Shown: piece by piece, positions 37,217 through 46,154 of the stretch
Layout: every line of letters starts with the position of its first letter
Position numbering within the stretch: position 1 is the stretch's first letter
From: an uncultured Chloroflexia bacterium
GTDB taxonomy: Bacteria; Chloroflexota; Limnocylindria; Limnocylindrales; CSP1-4
DNA length: 64,000 nucleotides
Assembly: GCA_963713975.1 (NCBI GenBank)
Contig: OY970218.1
Coordinates: 2,016,001-2,080,000 of the forward strand
Direction of reading: 5' to 3'
The notes under the pieces: generated by a model
What the model saw: the letters and a program-made list of their open reading frames with translations, nothing else
Databases searched by the model: none
What the model was told of the DNA's origin: nothing
Made by a program: the position numbers and the translations under genes

Positions 37217-38491
37217 TCAACCGTGCCTTGCCCTGCGACCCCGCCTGCCCGGTGCCTGGAGCTCGGCGGCCTCCGGGATGGCCGGGTTGACGGCGGCGGC
37301 CCTCGAGAACCAGGTTGCGTAGCGCCGTGCTCCCCAGGCCGCCGACGCGCCGTGCGCAACGAGGCTGAGAACCACGGTCAGCAGGACGACGTCCGCGATG
37401 GCCGTCGCGCCGGGCACGGCCGCCTGTACGACGACGCTGGCAAACACGATCGATGCGAGCCCACGCGGGCCGAACCAGCCGATGTAGGCCACCGTGGGCA
37501 CCGCGAGGCCGGTGCGCAGGGTCGCGATTGCCACCGGGATCATCCGCACCACCGTGAGGCTGAGCGCCGCGTACAGCACGGTCTCCGGTGTCGCCCGCAC
37601 GAGCACGGGTATCAGCAACCCGGCCCCAAGGAGCAGGAACCCGACGGCGGCCAGCACATCGGCCAGCTGCTCGGGCAGGTGGAACGCGTCATCGTCCAGG
37701 TGGCCCCGGGCGACGGTGCCCGCACACAGGCCGGCCACCCAGACCGCGAGGAACCCGCTTGCCTCGAACCCGTCCGCGATCGAGAAGGTCGCGATCGCCA
37801 GCGAGGTCAGGGCGACGGACAGCCAGCGCTCGTCGATGAGTCCGCGCGCCGCGGCCGCCCGGATCGCCATGCCGCCGGCGAGTCCGGCCACGAGGCCGAT
37901 CACCGTCGAGCCCCCGAGCGCCACGACCAGCGTCTCGACGGCGTGGAGATCGGTCTCCATGCCGGAGCTCACCTGGCCGATGGCCAGCAGGATCGTGACG
38001 AACGGCAGCGCGAGCCCGTCGTTGAGGCCGCTCTCCACGTTCAGTGCGTTGCGCACGACGGCCGGCACCCTTGGATTGGCTACGACGGCCTGGCCCAGGG
38101 CCGCATCGGTCGGGGCGAGGATGACCCCGACGAGGGCGGCCTGCCAGAGTTGGATCCCGGGCACCAGCACGAGCGCCACGATCGTCCCGGCGACGATGGT
38201 GAGCGGCATGCCGATTCCCAGCAGGCGGCCCGAGAGGCTCGGCTCCCGCGTCCACCGCCGGATGTTCAGGCTCGAAGCGTCCGCGAACAGGACCATGACG
38301 AGGGCGGCCGTCAGCAGCGCGATGAACAGGTCATCCCACTCGGTGAACTCCACCAGTCCCAGCACGGGCCCGGCCAGGAGGCCGACCACCACGAAGAAGA
38401 TCGGCGCGGTGACCATCGTGGTCCCGAGCCGCCGCGACAGCACGGCGTAGCCCAGCACCGCCAGGGCGCCAAGCGTCAGGGGCGCGATCAC
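37217..38491 (-). CDS. Cation:proton antiporter (CPA1/NhaP-like)
   Basis: LF.DA, LAPTDAALG, NVESGLNDG, R..PV and GWFGPRGLAS. Confidence 0.88.
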   Translation of the reverse strand: MIAPLTLGALAVLGYAVLSRRLGTTMVTAPIFFVVVGLLAGPVLGLVEFTEWDDLFIALLTAALVMVLFADASSLNIRRWTREPSLSGRLLGIGMPLTIVAGTIVALVLVPGIQLWQAALVGVILAPTDAALGQAVVANPRVPAVVRNALNVESGLNDGLALPFVTILLAIGQVSSGMETDLHAVETLVVALGGSTVIGLVAGLAGGMAIRAAAARGLIDERWLSVALTSLAIATFSIADGFEASGFLAVWVAGLCAGTVARGHLDDDAFHLPEQLADVLAAVGFLLLGAGLLIPVLVRATPETVLYAALSLTVVRMIPVAIATLRTGLAVPTVAYIGWFGPRGLASIVFASVVVQAAVPGATAIADVVLLTVVLSLVAHGASAAWGARRYATWFSRAAAVNPAIPEAAELQAPGRRGRRARHG

Positions 38492-38512
38492 CTGGGACGC
38501 CCCACGCTCGGA

Positions 38513-39919
38513 TCAGGTTCCATGGCAGTGCTTGACCTTCCGCCCGCTCCCGCACGGGCACGGGTCGTTGCGACCGCACGTCGCCACGGCGGCGCGGATG
38601 CGCTCGTCCTTGGCGCGGTACCGGCCCATCAGCTGTGACGGCGGCAGGTCCCGCCGCAGCAGCTCGGACATCATGCGCATCGGCCGGTCCACGTGGCCGA
38701 AGAACGCCTTGTAGCCCGCGCACAGGTAGTTGAGTCCCGGCTCGCCGTCCGGCGTCCGGATGAAGCGGTCCTTGGGGCAACCGCCGTGGCACGCGAACCG
38801 GACGTCGCATGCCCGGCAGTACTCCGGCAGGGTGTCGAGCTTGTCCTGCCCGAAGCGGCGCTGCTGCTCTGACCCCACCAGCTCCGCCATCGGGGTCTCG
38901 TTGATGTTGCCCAGCCGGTAGGCCTCCTCCACGAAGTGGTCGCATGAGTAGAGGTCCCCGTTGTGCTCCAGGGCCAACGCGGTGCCGCAGGTCTCCGAGT
39001 GGATGCACAGCGTCGGCGGCTCCTCGTGCCAGCTCGCCAGCGCCACGTCGAACATCTGGACGAAGACGTCGCCGATGTCGCGTCGTACCCACTCCTCGAA
39101 CACGCCGACCAGGAACGACCCGTACTGCTCCGGGGTCACCGACCGGTGCGTGACGAGGTCCCCGGCCTGGCGGTAGAGGGGACGATCCCGCCACGAGGTC
39201 CACGGGGCCGGCCGGGACAGCCCGGGCGTCCGGGCGCGGCCCAGGTCCTCGAGTGGCACGTCGATGGCCGGACCCGGGAGGCGCTCGATGATCGGGATGA
39301 ACTGCATGAAGCGCGAGCCGCACTCGTCACGCAGGAAGCGGTACACCTCGACGGGATGGTCCGCATTGGCACGGTGCAGCGTGGTGAGCGTGTTGTACTC
39401 GACCCCGTGCGCTCGGAGCCGGTCCAGGCCCTGGCGGACGCGCTCGAACGTGGGCTTGCCGCCGCGGTCCACGCGGTAGGCGTCGTGCATCGCCGGCGGC
39501 CCGTCGATGCTGATGCCCACCAGGTAGTCGTGCTCCTTGAAGAACGCGGCCAGCTCGTCGTCGATCAGGGTCCCGTTCGTCTGGATCGTGTACTCGACGG
39601 TCATCCCTGGGCGCCGGTGCTTCTCCACGTAGCCGGTCGCCCGGCGGAAGAAGTCCACGCCCATCAGGGTGGGCTCGCCGCCCTGCCACGCGATGTTCAC
39701 GTGCGGCACGCGGTGCGCCTCGATCAGCTGGCGGATGTACTGCTCCAGCTGCTCGTCCGCCATCCGGAAGCGGCTGCCCGGGTAGAGCATCTCCTTGGAC
39801 AGGAAGAAGCAGTACTCGCAGTCCAGGTTGCAGGTGGCGCCCGTGGGCTTCGCCAGGAGGTGGAATGCAGGCGGTCCGGCGGTCTGCGCCGCGCCCTCCG
39901 GTTCCCGGGTGCCGATCAT
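38513..39919 (-). CDS. Anaerobic sulfatase maturase (radical SAM/SPASM) with C-terminal SEC-C motif
   Basis: KPTGATCNLDCEYC, WQGGEPTL, QTNG, YSCDHF, C..C.....C.GGC.K.R and GRNDPCPCGSG.K.K.C; same operon as the sulfatase. Confidence 0.92.
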   Translation of the reverse strand: MIGTREPEGAAQTAGPPAFHLLAKPTGATCNLDCEYCFFLSKEMLYPGSRFRMADEQLEQYIRQLIEAHRVPHVNIAWQGGEPTLMGVDFFRRATGYVEKHRRPGMTVEYTIQTNGTLIDDELAAFFKEHDYLVGISIDGPPAMHDAYRVDRGGKPTFERVRQGLDRLRAHGVEYNTLTTLHRANADHPVEVYRFLRDECGSRFMQFIPIIERLPGPAIDVPLEDLGRARTPGLSRPAPWTSWRDRPLYRQAGDLVTHRSVTPEQYGSFLVGVFEEWVRRDIGDVFVQMFDVALASWHEEPPTLCIHSETCGTALALEHNGDLYSCDHFVEEAYRLGNINETPMAELVGSEQQRRFGQDKLDTLPEYCRACDVRFACHGGCPKDRFIRTPDGEPGLNYLCAGYKAFFGHVDRPMRMMSELLRRDLPPSQLMGRYRAKDERIRAAVATCGRNDPCPCGSGRKVKHCHGT

Positions 39920-40052
39920 GCCCGCGCCCGGCCGGTCGACGCAGCGCGGGTCGTTGGCAGGTCTCGTGTCGCCAGGGCGTGGAGGGGACGTCCGGCTTCG
40001 TGCATCATCCAACTGTACGATGGCCTCGATGTCGCCCGGAGGAAGCAGGATC

Positions 40053-40790
40053 GTGAACCAGCCCGCCGCCGAGCGTGGCACGCCACCTGCTCCCAGCCAT
40101 CCGGATTCCACTTCGACCCCGGTGGTCGACGAGGCCGCCCAGCAGCTGCGGGCCCCGTGGGCCGCCAGCGTCGCCGGGATCCTGTTCGCGGTCCTCTACG
40201 GCGTGGCCATGGTGCTGATGCGAAGCTCCCCCCTGTCGACGGCCGACGACCAGGAGATCGTGCGCCTGTTTGCGGTGGGCGCCGACCAGTCGCTCCTGGT
40301 CGCGGGGCTCTACCTGGTGCCGTTCGCCGGCATCACGTTCCTGTGGTTCGTGGCCGTGATCCGGGACCAGCTCGGCGATCGCGAGGACCGCTTCTTCGCG
40401 ACCGTCTTCTTCGGCAGCGGCCTGCTGTTCATGGCCATGCTGTTCGCCGCCGGCGCCATCGCGAGCGCCCCGGCGGTAGGAGTCCGGTACCTTCGGCTGG
40501 ACGTGCCGGCAGCCGCGGAGATGGACGTGGTGCGGTCGGTGTCGTACACGCTGCTGTTCGTGTTCTCCACGCGCATGGCGGCCGTGTGCCTCATGTCCAT
40601 CGCGACCCTCGGCCTGCGCAGCCGGACGTTCCCGCGCTGGTTCGCCTTGACGGGCTACCTGATCGCCGCGGTGCTGCTGCTCGTGGTGAGCTTCTTTGAC
40701 TGGGTCGTCCTGCTCTTCCCGGCCTGGGTCGCCGTTGTCAGCGTGTTCATCCTCCGCCGGGAGCGGGCCCGGGCGCGGTCGTCATCCTGA
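40053..40790 (+). CDS. Hypothetical multi-pass membrane protein
   Basis: GTG after GGAGGA; about 6 TM segments; PFAGI.FLWF..V.R...G.RED.FF motif. Confidence 0.75.
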   Translation: MNQPAAERGTPPAPSHPDSTSTPVVDEAAQQLRAPWAASVAGILFAVLYGVAMVLMRSSPLSTADDQEIVRLFAVGADQSLLVAGLYLVPFAGITFLWFVAVIRDQLGDREDRFFATVFFGSGLLFMAMLFAAGAIASAPAVGVRYLRLDVPAAAEMDVVRSVSYTLLFVFSTRMAAVCLMSIATLGLRSRTFPRWFALTGYLIAAVLLLVVSFFDWVVLLFPAWVAVVSVFILRRERARARSSS

Positions 40791-40947
40791 CCGGGGCGTG
40801 ACGTGCCGGGCCCTCGGGAACGGCTGATCGTGCCGATCCGGTGAAGCACGTCGACCGGCGTTCGGTACGATCAATCCCCCTCAATGGCCGGTTGGGACGT
40901 TCCCGACCGCAGAGGGATCCGAATCAACCTGAAGGGGTGAACCGCAC

Positions 40948-41307
40948 ATGACCTTGATCGAACTGCTCTGGTACATGTTCGTGCTGTACCTGTGGGTGAT
41001 GGTGATCTGGATCTTCATCTCCTGCTTCATGGACATCTTCCGCCGCGACGACATCCACGGCGGCATGAAGGCGGTGTGGATCTTCGTGCTGTTCGTCATC
41101 CCGCTGTTCGGCTGCCTGATCTACATCATCGCCCGGCCCAAGGTCACGGCCCAGGACGTGCAGATGATGACCCAGGCCCAGGCCGCAACGACCGCGGCGT
41201 CGCAGGTGTCCACGGCGGACGAGCTCGCCAAGCTCGCCCAGCTGCGCGACGCCGGCGCGATCACGATCCCCGAGTACGACTCCCTCAAGGCCAAGCTGCT
41301 GGCCTGA
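40948..41307 (+). CDS. PLDc_N + SHOCT small membrane protein
   Basis: DIFRRDD..G..KA.W......P..G.L.Y.I.R and ELAKLA.LRD.G.IT..EY..LKAK. Confidence 0.85.
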   Translation: MTLIELLWYMFVLYLWVMVIWIFISCFMDIFRRDDIHGGMKAVWIFVLFVIPLFGCLIYIIARPKVTAQDVQMMTQAQAATTAASQVSTADELAKLAQLRDAGAITIPEYDSLKAKLLA

Positions 41308-41330
41308 TCGCGAGCCCATCGCGATCCGCG

Positions 41331-41361
41331 AGGCCGGCCCCCGACCGGGGGCCGGCCTTTC
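41331..41361 (+). terminator. Intrinsic terminator-like hairpin
   Basis: AGGCCGGCCCCC-GACC-GGGGGCCGGCCT followed by TTC. Confidence 0.7.
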
Positions 41362-41373
41362 TCGTGCCTGCGG

Positions 41374-42600
41374 TCACACGGCCTGGCGGACGCCCCGCCC
41401 GAGACGCCGCGGTGAGAGCCGAAGGCAGGCGCCGGTGAGCAGCACGGCCACGAGCACCAGCAGCCACAGGCTCGCGGTGAAGTTGCCGGTGACGTCGCGC
41501 GCGGCCCCCAGGACGAACGGTCCGACGGATGCGATCCCGTAGCCGCCGAGGAACATGAGCGCGGCCACGGAGCCCACGCTCGCCGGACCCTCGGCGACAT
41601 CGAGCGGCAGCGTGAGCACGAGCGGGAAGATGATATTGAGCGCCAGTCCCAGCACGATCACGGCCGGATAGGCCAGCGCCGGCGCGAGGATGAGCACAGC
41701 CAGTGCGGTGGCGGCCACGATCGACGCCGTGGCGAGGATCGGCCGGCGATTGGGGAAGCGGTCCGCGACGAGCGGCACCGTCAGCACCGTGACCAGGCCG
41801 GCTGCATTGAGCAGTGCCACCAGGGCCCCTGCCGCCGCGGGTGTCCAGCCCTGTTCCACGAACGCGCTCGGGAGCCACGACACGACACCGTAGAACAGGA
41901 CCGACTGGAGGCCGAAGATGATGGCCAGCAGCCATGCGGTCCGGCTGCGCCACGGCAAGGGCCGCCGTCCGCCCGCGGCACGCACCTCGTGGTGGTCCCG
42001 GGGAACGAGGAGCAGCCAGGCAACGATCGTCAGGGACGATGCCAGCGACAGGATCAGGAGGCTGACCCGCCAGTCGCCGCCGAACGCCAGCGGAACCGCG
42101 AGCGCGGCCGCGATCGTCGATCCGGCAGCTAGCCCGGCCGCGTAGGCGCCCGTCCCGAGGGCGGGCCGGGACGGCAGGCGCTGGGCCACGACCATCGACG
42201 GGATGGCGCCGGCGATCCCGATCGCGACGCCGATCCCGAACGTGGCGAGCAGGATCAGCGGGTACACGGGCGCCGCTGCCCGCAGGACGCCGAAGGCGGC
42301 GACGCCCGCCAGGCAGGCTGCGAGCGCCCAGCGCGGTCCGATCCGGGCGGCGACGCGCGGCCCGAACGGCGCGAAGATGCCCATGCACAGGATCGGAATG
42401 GTGGCCATCAGCCCCGCGACGCTTCCGGGCAGCCCGAGGTCCTCGCGGATGAACGGGAGTAGCGGTCCGATGCCGATCAGCTGCGGCCGCAGTGCCAGCG
42501 AGGCGATGAACAGCGCGGCGACAACGGCCAGCGAGACGTTGCCGGCGACGGGCGGGGTGGCGATGGACGCGCCGGTGCTGGGAGGACGGGGCTGGGTCAT
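41374..42600 (-). CDS. MFS transporter, CynX/NimT family
   Basis: LR..L..IGPLL..I..DLG, FGLQS..FY...SWLP and GY.IAS.GP...G..RD.TG; about 12 TM segments. Confidence 0.85.
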   Translation of the reverse strand: MTQPRPPSTGASIATPPVAGNVSLAVVAALFIASLALRPQLIGIGPLLPFIREDLGLPGSVAGLMATIPILCMGIFAPFGPRVAARIGPRWALAACLAGVAAFGVLRAAAPVYPLILLATFGIGVAIGIAGAIPSMVVAQRLPSRPALGTGAYAAGLAAGSTIAAALAVPLAFGGDWRVSLLILSLASSLTIVAWLLLVPRDHHEVRAAGGRRPLPWRSRTAWLLAIIFGLQSVLFYGVVSWLPSAFVEQGWTPAAAGALVALLNAAGLVTVLTVPLVADRFPNRRPILATASIVAATALAVLILAPALAYPAVIVLGLALNIIFPLVLTLPLDVAEGPASVGSVAALMFLGGYGIASVGPFVLGAARDVTGNFTASLWLLVLVAVLLTGACLRLSPRRLGRGVRQAV

Positions 42601-42651
42601 GTGCCGAGAGTAGGGGAGGAGTGGGCGCCCCGCGGGGCTCTCGCGTGCAGC

Positions 42652-43950
42652 TCAGCCCCCCGGCTCGACGAAGGTCGTGCGGCCGTCGAGGTACCTGACA
42701 CCCACCGGCGTGGCGCCTTCCATGTAGACCCGGCCCAGGCGCGGCGTGAAGGCGTCGAGTACCTCCCACGAGATGGAGCCCCGCAGCTCCGCCAGGTCGT
42801 GGACGGTCATCGCCCCCCCGTCGCCGCTGAGCATGACGATCTCGTCCCAGGAATCGAACCCGGGGACGTCCGTCACGTCGAGCGCGAGGGCGTCGCTGCT
42901 GATCCGGCCGATCACGGGGACCCGGTGGCCCCGGACCACGCCCCAGCTGCCGGCGGCGTAGGCCCGGGCCCAGCCGTCGGCGTAGCCGAGCGCGACAGTC
43001 ACGATCACGCTGGGCCGGGTCGCGGTCCACGTGCCCCCGTAGCCCACCGAGGCGCCGGCGGGGATCGCCGAAAGCGTCGTGGCCCGCACGCGGATTGCCA
43101 GCGCCGGCCGGAGGTCCGCGACGTGTTCTTCGTGACCCGCGGGCAGCATGACCTCGGGCGGCACCACGCCGTAGAACCCGAGGCCGATGCGCACCAGGTC
43201 ATACGACGGGGCCGTGCCGCCCAGCAGTCCGCCCGTGGCGTCGAGATGCCGGAGCCCGGGCTCGATGCCGGCGCCACGCAAGGCGGCGAGCGCCGCCTCG
43301 AAGTGCTCCACCTGGGCGGCGGTCGCGACCGGATCCTCCGGCGTGGCGAGGTGGGACCAGGTGCCCGCCAGCCCGTCGAGCCCCGCGTCCAGCAGGGCCC
43401 TCGCAGCGTCCGCGACGCGATCGACAGCGAGGCCTCCCCGGCCCATGCCGGTGTCGACCCCGAGGTGGATCCTCGGGCCGGGCCCTCCGGATCGCGCCAG
43501 TGAACCGGCGGGGTCTGCCGTGCCGCGCACGTGGGCGGCCAGAGCGGTGACCGACCCATCATCGGCCGCGACCAGGTCGAGATCGGCGTCCACCGCCGCG
43601 TCGAGCATGGCCGGGGGCACGCTGTAGAGGACCAGGATCCGGCTGCGGACCCCGGCATCCCGAAGCGCGAGGGCCTCGTCCAGGGTTGCTACCAGGAGCA
43701 TGTCCGCCCCGCCCCGGACCGCAGCCAGGGCGGCCGCGAGGAGGCCGTGGCCATACCCGTCCGCCTTGACCACGACACCCATGAGCGTCCCGGGCGGTAG
43801 CAGCGTCCGGAGCCGACGAGCGTTCGCGGCCAGGACCGCGGTGTCCACCTCCATCCAGGCGAGCCGTGGAAGCCCCGGCAGGCCCGCCCCGGCCAGGCGC
43901 GTCTCCATGGCGGCGGATGGCATCGCGGTCGGCTCGAGCTCGGTGGACAT
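42652..43950 (-). CDS. alr: Alanine racemase
   Basis: VVKADGYGHG (PLP Lys), VAT..EA, DTGMGR, SHLA, VGYG and GYADG. Confidence 0.9.
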   Translation of the reverse strand: MSTELEPTAMPSAAMETRLAGAGLPGLPRLAWMEVDTAVLAANARRLRTLLPPGTLMGVVVKADGYGHGLLAAALAAVRGGADMLLVATLDEALALRDAGVRSRILVLYSVPPAMLDAAVDADLDLVAADDGSVTALAAHVRGTADPAGSLARSGGPGPRIHLGVDTGMGRGGLAVDRVADAARALLDAGLDGLAGTWSHLATPEDPVATAAQVEHFEAALAALRGAGIEPGLRHLDATGGLLGGTAPSYDLVRIGLGFYGVVPPEVMLPAGHEEHVADLRPALAIRVRATTLSAIPAGASVGYGGTWTATRPSVIVTVALGYADGWARAYAAGSWGVVRGHRVPVIGRISSDALALDVTDVPGFDSWDEIVMLSGDGGAMTVHDLAELRGSISWEVLDAFTPRLGRVYMEGATPVGVRYLDGRTTFVEPGG

Positions 43951-43997
43951 CGACGACGTGAACCTCCGGGGCGGCGGCTGGGGTCCGATAGAGAAGG

Positions 43998-44027
43998 TTT
44001 ACTTTCGCGGTAGATAACGTTTACTAT
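43998..44027 (+). promoter_or_regulatory. Promoter TTTACT-N18-TACTAT overlapped by a LacI-type operator
   Basis: Near-palindrome TAGATAACGTTTACTA at 44011-44026, upstream of an operon that encodes its own LacI. Confidence 0.65.
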
Positions 44028-44061
44028 GCGGCATCGCACGCCGAATTGGAAGGAGTCAGCC

Positions 44062-45675
44062 TTGGCCATCGAACCCGCGGATGTCCTGATCGTCGGCGCC
44101 GGCGCCTCGGGTGGCGTGGTGGCGCTGCGGCTCGCCCAGGCGGGGTTCCGCGTGGTCTGCCTGGAGCAGGGTGACTGGCACGACAAGGCGGACTACCGGG
44201 GCGCGGAGCTGGACTGGGAGCTGACCATGCGCAAGCAGTGGTCCACGAGCCCCAACGTCCGCGGCCTGCCCGAGGACTACCCGATCGACGAGCGCAATGC
44301 GGAGGTGTCGCCGTTGATGTTCTCGGGTGTCGGCGGCTCCATGCTCATCTTCGCGGGCGCCTGGCCGCGCCTGCTGCCGTCCGACTTCCGGGTCCGCTCG
44401 CTGGATGGGGTCGCGGACGACTGGCCGCTGGACTACGAGGAGTTGCGCCCGTACTACGAGCGGACGGACCGGCAGATGGGCGTCTCGGGCATGGGGGGCG
44501 ACCCCGCCTACCCCGCCGGTGGCGAGGATCCGCCCCTGCCGCCCCTGCCCCTGGGGGCCGGCGGCCTCAAGGTCGCCCGTGCCCATACCCGCCTGGGCTG
44601 GCACTGGTGGCCGGAGCCCAACTCCATCCTCTCGGTCCCGTACGACGACCGGCGCCCGTGTGTCCAGCGGGGAACCTGCCAGCAGGGCTGTAACGAGGGC
44701 GCGAAGGCCTCCACCGACCTGACCCACTGGCCCAAGGCCATCGCGCTCGGGGCACGCCTCGTGACCGGTGCCCGGGTCCGACGCCTGGAGACGGATGCCG
44801 CCGGCCTCGTGACCGGCGCCACCTGGCTGGACCGCGACGGCGCCGAGCACTTCGAGCCCGCCAGGGTCACCGTGCTCGCGGCGAATGCCATCGGGACGGC
44901 CCGGCTCCTGCTGCTGTCCGACGCGGCGGCCCACCGGGGCGGCCTCGCCAATTCGTCCGGCCTCGTCGGCAAGCGTCTGATGATGCATCCGTTCGCGAAC
45001 GTCGGCGGCCTGTTCGACGAGGACCTCGAGAGCTGGCAGGGCCAGTTCGGGTGCTCGATCGAATCGTTCGAGTTCTACGAGACGGACGAGCGGCGAGGCT
45101 TCGTCCGCGGCGCGAAGTGGGGGCTCGCACCGACGTTCGGGCCGATCAACGCTGCCCTGCCCAGCCGGGCCGGGACGCAGGTCTGGGGACCCGACCACCA
45201 CCTCCACGTCCGCTCCCACCTCGGGCGGGGCGCCAATTGGGGCCTGTTCGGCGAGGACCTCCCCGACGAGGCGAACCGCGTCACGCTGTCCAGGACGCTC
45301 ACGGACTCCTCGGGCATCCCGGCCCCGGAGGTCACCTACCGGGTCTCCGAGAACTCGCGGCGGCTGCTGGACTTCCACATCGAGAAGGCCACCGAGTCGC
45401 TGCTCGCGGCCGGCGCCTATACCGTCGAGGTGGACCGGCTGATGCGCTATTCCGGCTGGCACCTGTTGGGCACCGCTCGCATGGGCGACGACCCGGAGAC
45501 TTCCGTCCTCGATCGCTGGAACCGCGCCCACGATGTCCCGAACCTCTACGTCGTGGACGGAAGCTCGTTCGTAACCTCGGGTGGCGTCAACCCGACCTCG
45601 TCGATCTCCGCGCTCGCCCTGCGCGCGGCGGACCACATGGTGGAGACGCGCTTCAACCAGCGGATGCCGTCATGA
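44062..45675 (+). CDS. GMC-family flavoprotein oxidoreductase, large subunit
   Basis: TTG after AAGGAG; GAGASG, LEQG, CVQRGTCQQGC Fe-S motif, HLLGTARMG and NPT. Confidence 0.9.
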   Translation: MAIEPADVLIVGAGASGGVVALRLAQAGFRVVCLEQGDWHDKADYRGAELDWELTMRKQWSTSPNVRGLPEDYPIDERNAEVSPLMFSGVGGSMLIFAGAWPRLLPSDFRVRSLDGVADDWPLDYEELRPYYERTDRQMGVSGMGGDPAYPAGGEDPPLPPLPLGAGGLKVARAHTRLGWHWWPEPNSILSVPYDDRRPCVQRGTCQQGCNEGAKASTDLTHWPKAIALGARLVTGARVRRLETDAAGLVTGATWLDRDGAEHFEPARVTVLAANAIGTARLLLLSDAAAHRGGLANSSGLVGKRLMMHPFANVGGLFDEDLESWQGQFGCSIESFEFYETDERRGFVRGAKWGLAPTFGPINAALPSRAGTQVWGPDHHLHVRSHLGRGANWGLFGEDLPDEANRVTLSRTLTDSSGIPAPEVTYRVSENSRRLLDFHIEKATESLLAAGAYTVEVDRLMRYSGWHLLGTARMGDDPETSVLDRWNRAHDVPNLYVVDGSSFVTSGGVNPTSSISALALRAADHMVETRFNQRMPS

Positions 45676-46154
45676 GCACGCCCCCGCTGGACGCCGACCG
45701 GATCGCAGTGCTGGGCTCCATCGCCGGACGGCTGATCCCCGAGGCCCACGGCATGCCGTCCGCGGGCGAGGTCGTGGGCGAGGCGCGCCTGCGGTTCGTG
45801 CTCGGATCCCGCCCGGACCTGGCCGCCCCGCTGCGCGAGGCGCTCCGGCCGGAGCTCGGCCCCGATCCTGCCGCCCGGCTGACCGTCCTCGAGCGCGACG
45901 AGCCTGACCATCACGCCGCGCTGGTGTCCGTCATCGTGTTCGGCTACTACACCGACAAGCGTGTCCGGGAGCTGCTGGGCTACCCCGGACAGGAGGCCAG
46001 GACCCTGTACTCGTGGAAGGTCCCGGACTTCATCGAGGAGGGCCTCACAGACCAGGTGCTGGCCCGCGGACCCGTGTGGCGGGACCCCGCCACGGGCCGG
46101 CGCGCCACCACGGACACCGGCACCGCGTTCGCGGCCGGCGAGGAGACGACATGA
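45672..46154 (+). CDS. Gluconate-2-dehydrogenase subunit-3-like small subunit
   Basis: LIP....MPSA and YY....V...LGYPG; coupled to the GMC gene by ATGA. Confidence 0.7.
   Translation: MSTPPLDADRIAVLGSIAGRLIPEAHGMPSAGEVVGEARLRFVLGSRPDLAAPLREALRPELGPDPAARLTVLERDEPDHHAALVSVIVFGYYTDKRVRELLGYPGQEARTLYSWKVPDFIEEGLTDQVLARGPVWRDPATGRRATTDTGTAFAAGEETT

Noticed and set aside
38513-39919. Radical SAM/SPASM as a RiPP maturase
   Set aside because: The sequence motifs and the adjacent Cys-type sulfatase identify it as anSME; no precursor peptide is evident.
40866-40947. Riboswitch in the leader of the PLDc_N-SHOCT gene
   Set aside because: A hairpin (CGGTTGGGA-CGT-TCCCGACCG) and a TACGAT -10-like box are present, but no recognisable aptamer consensus.
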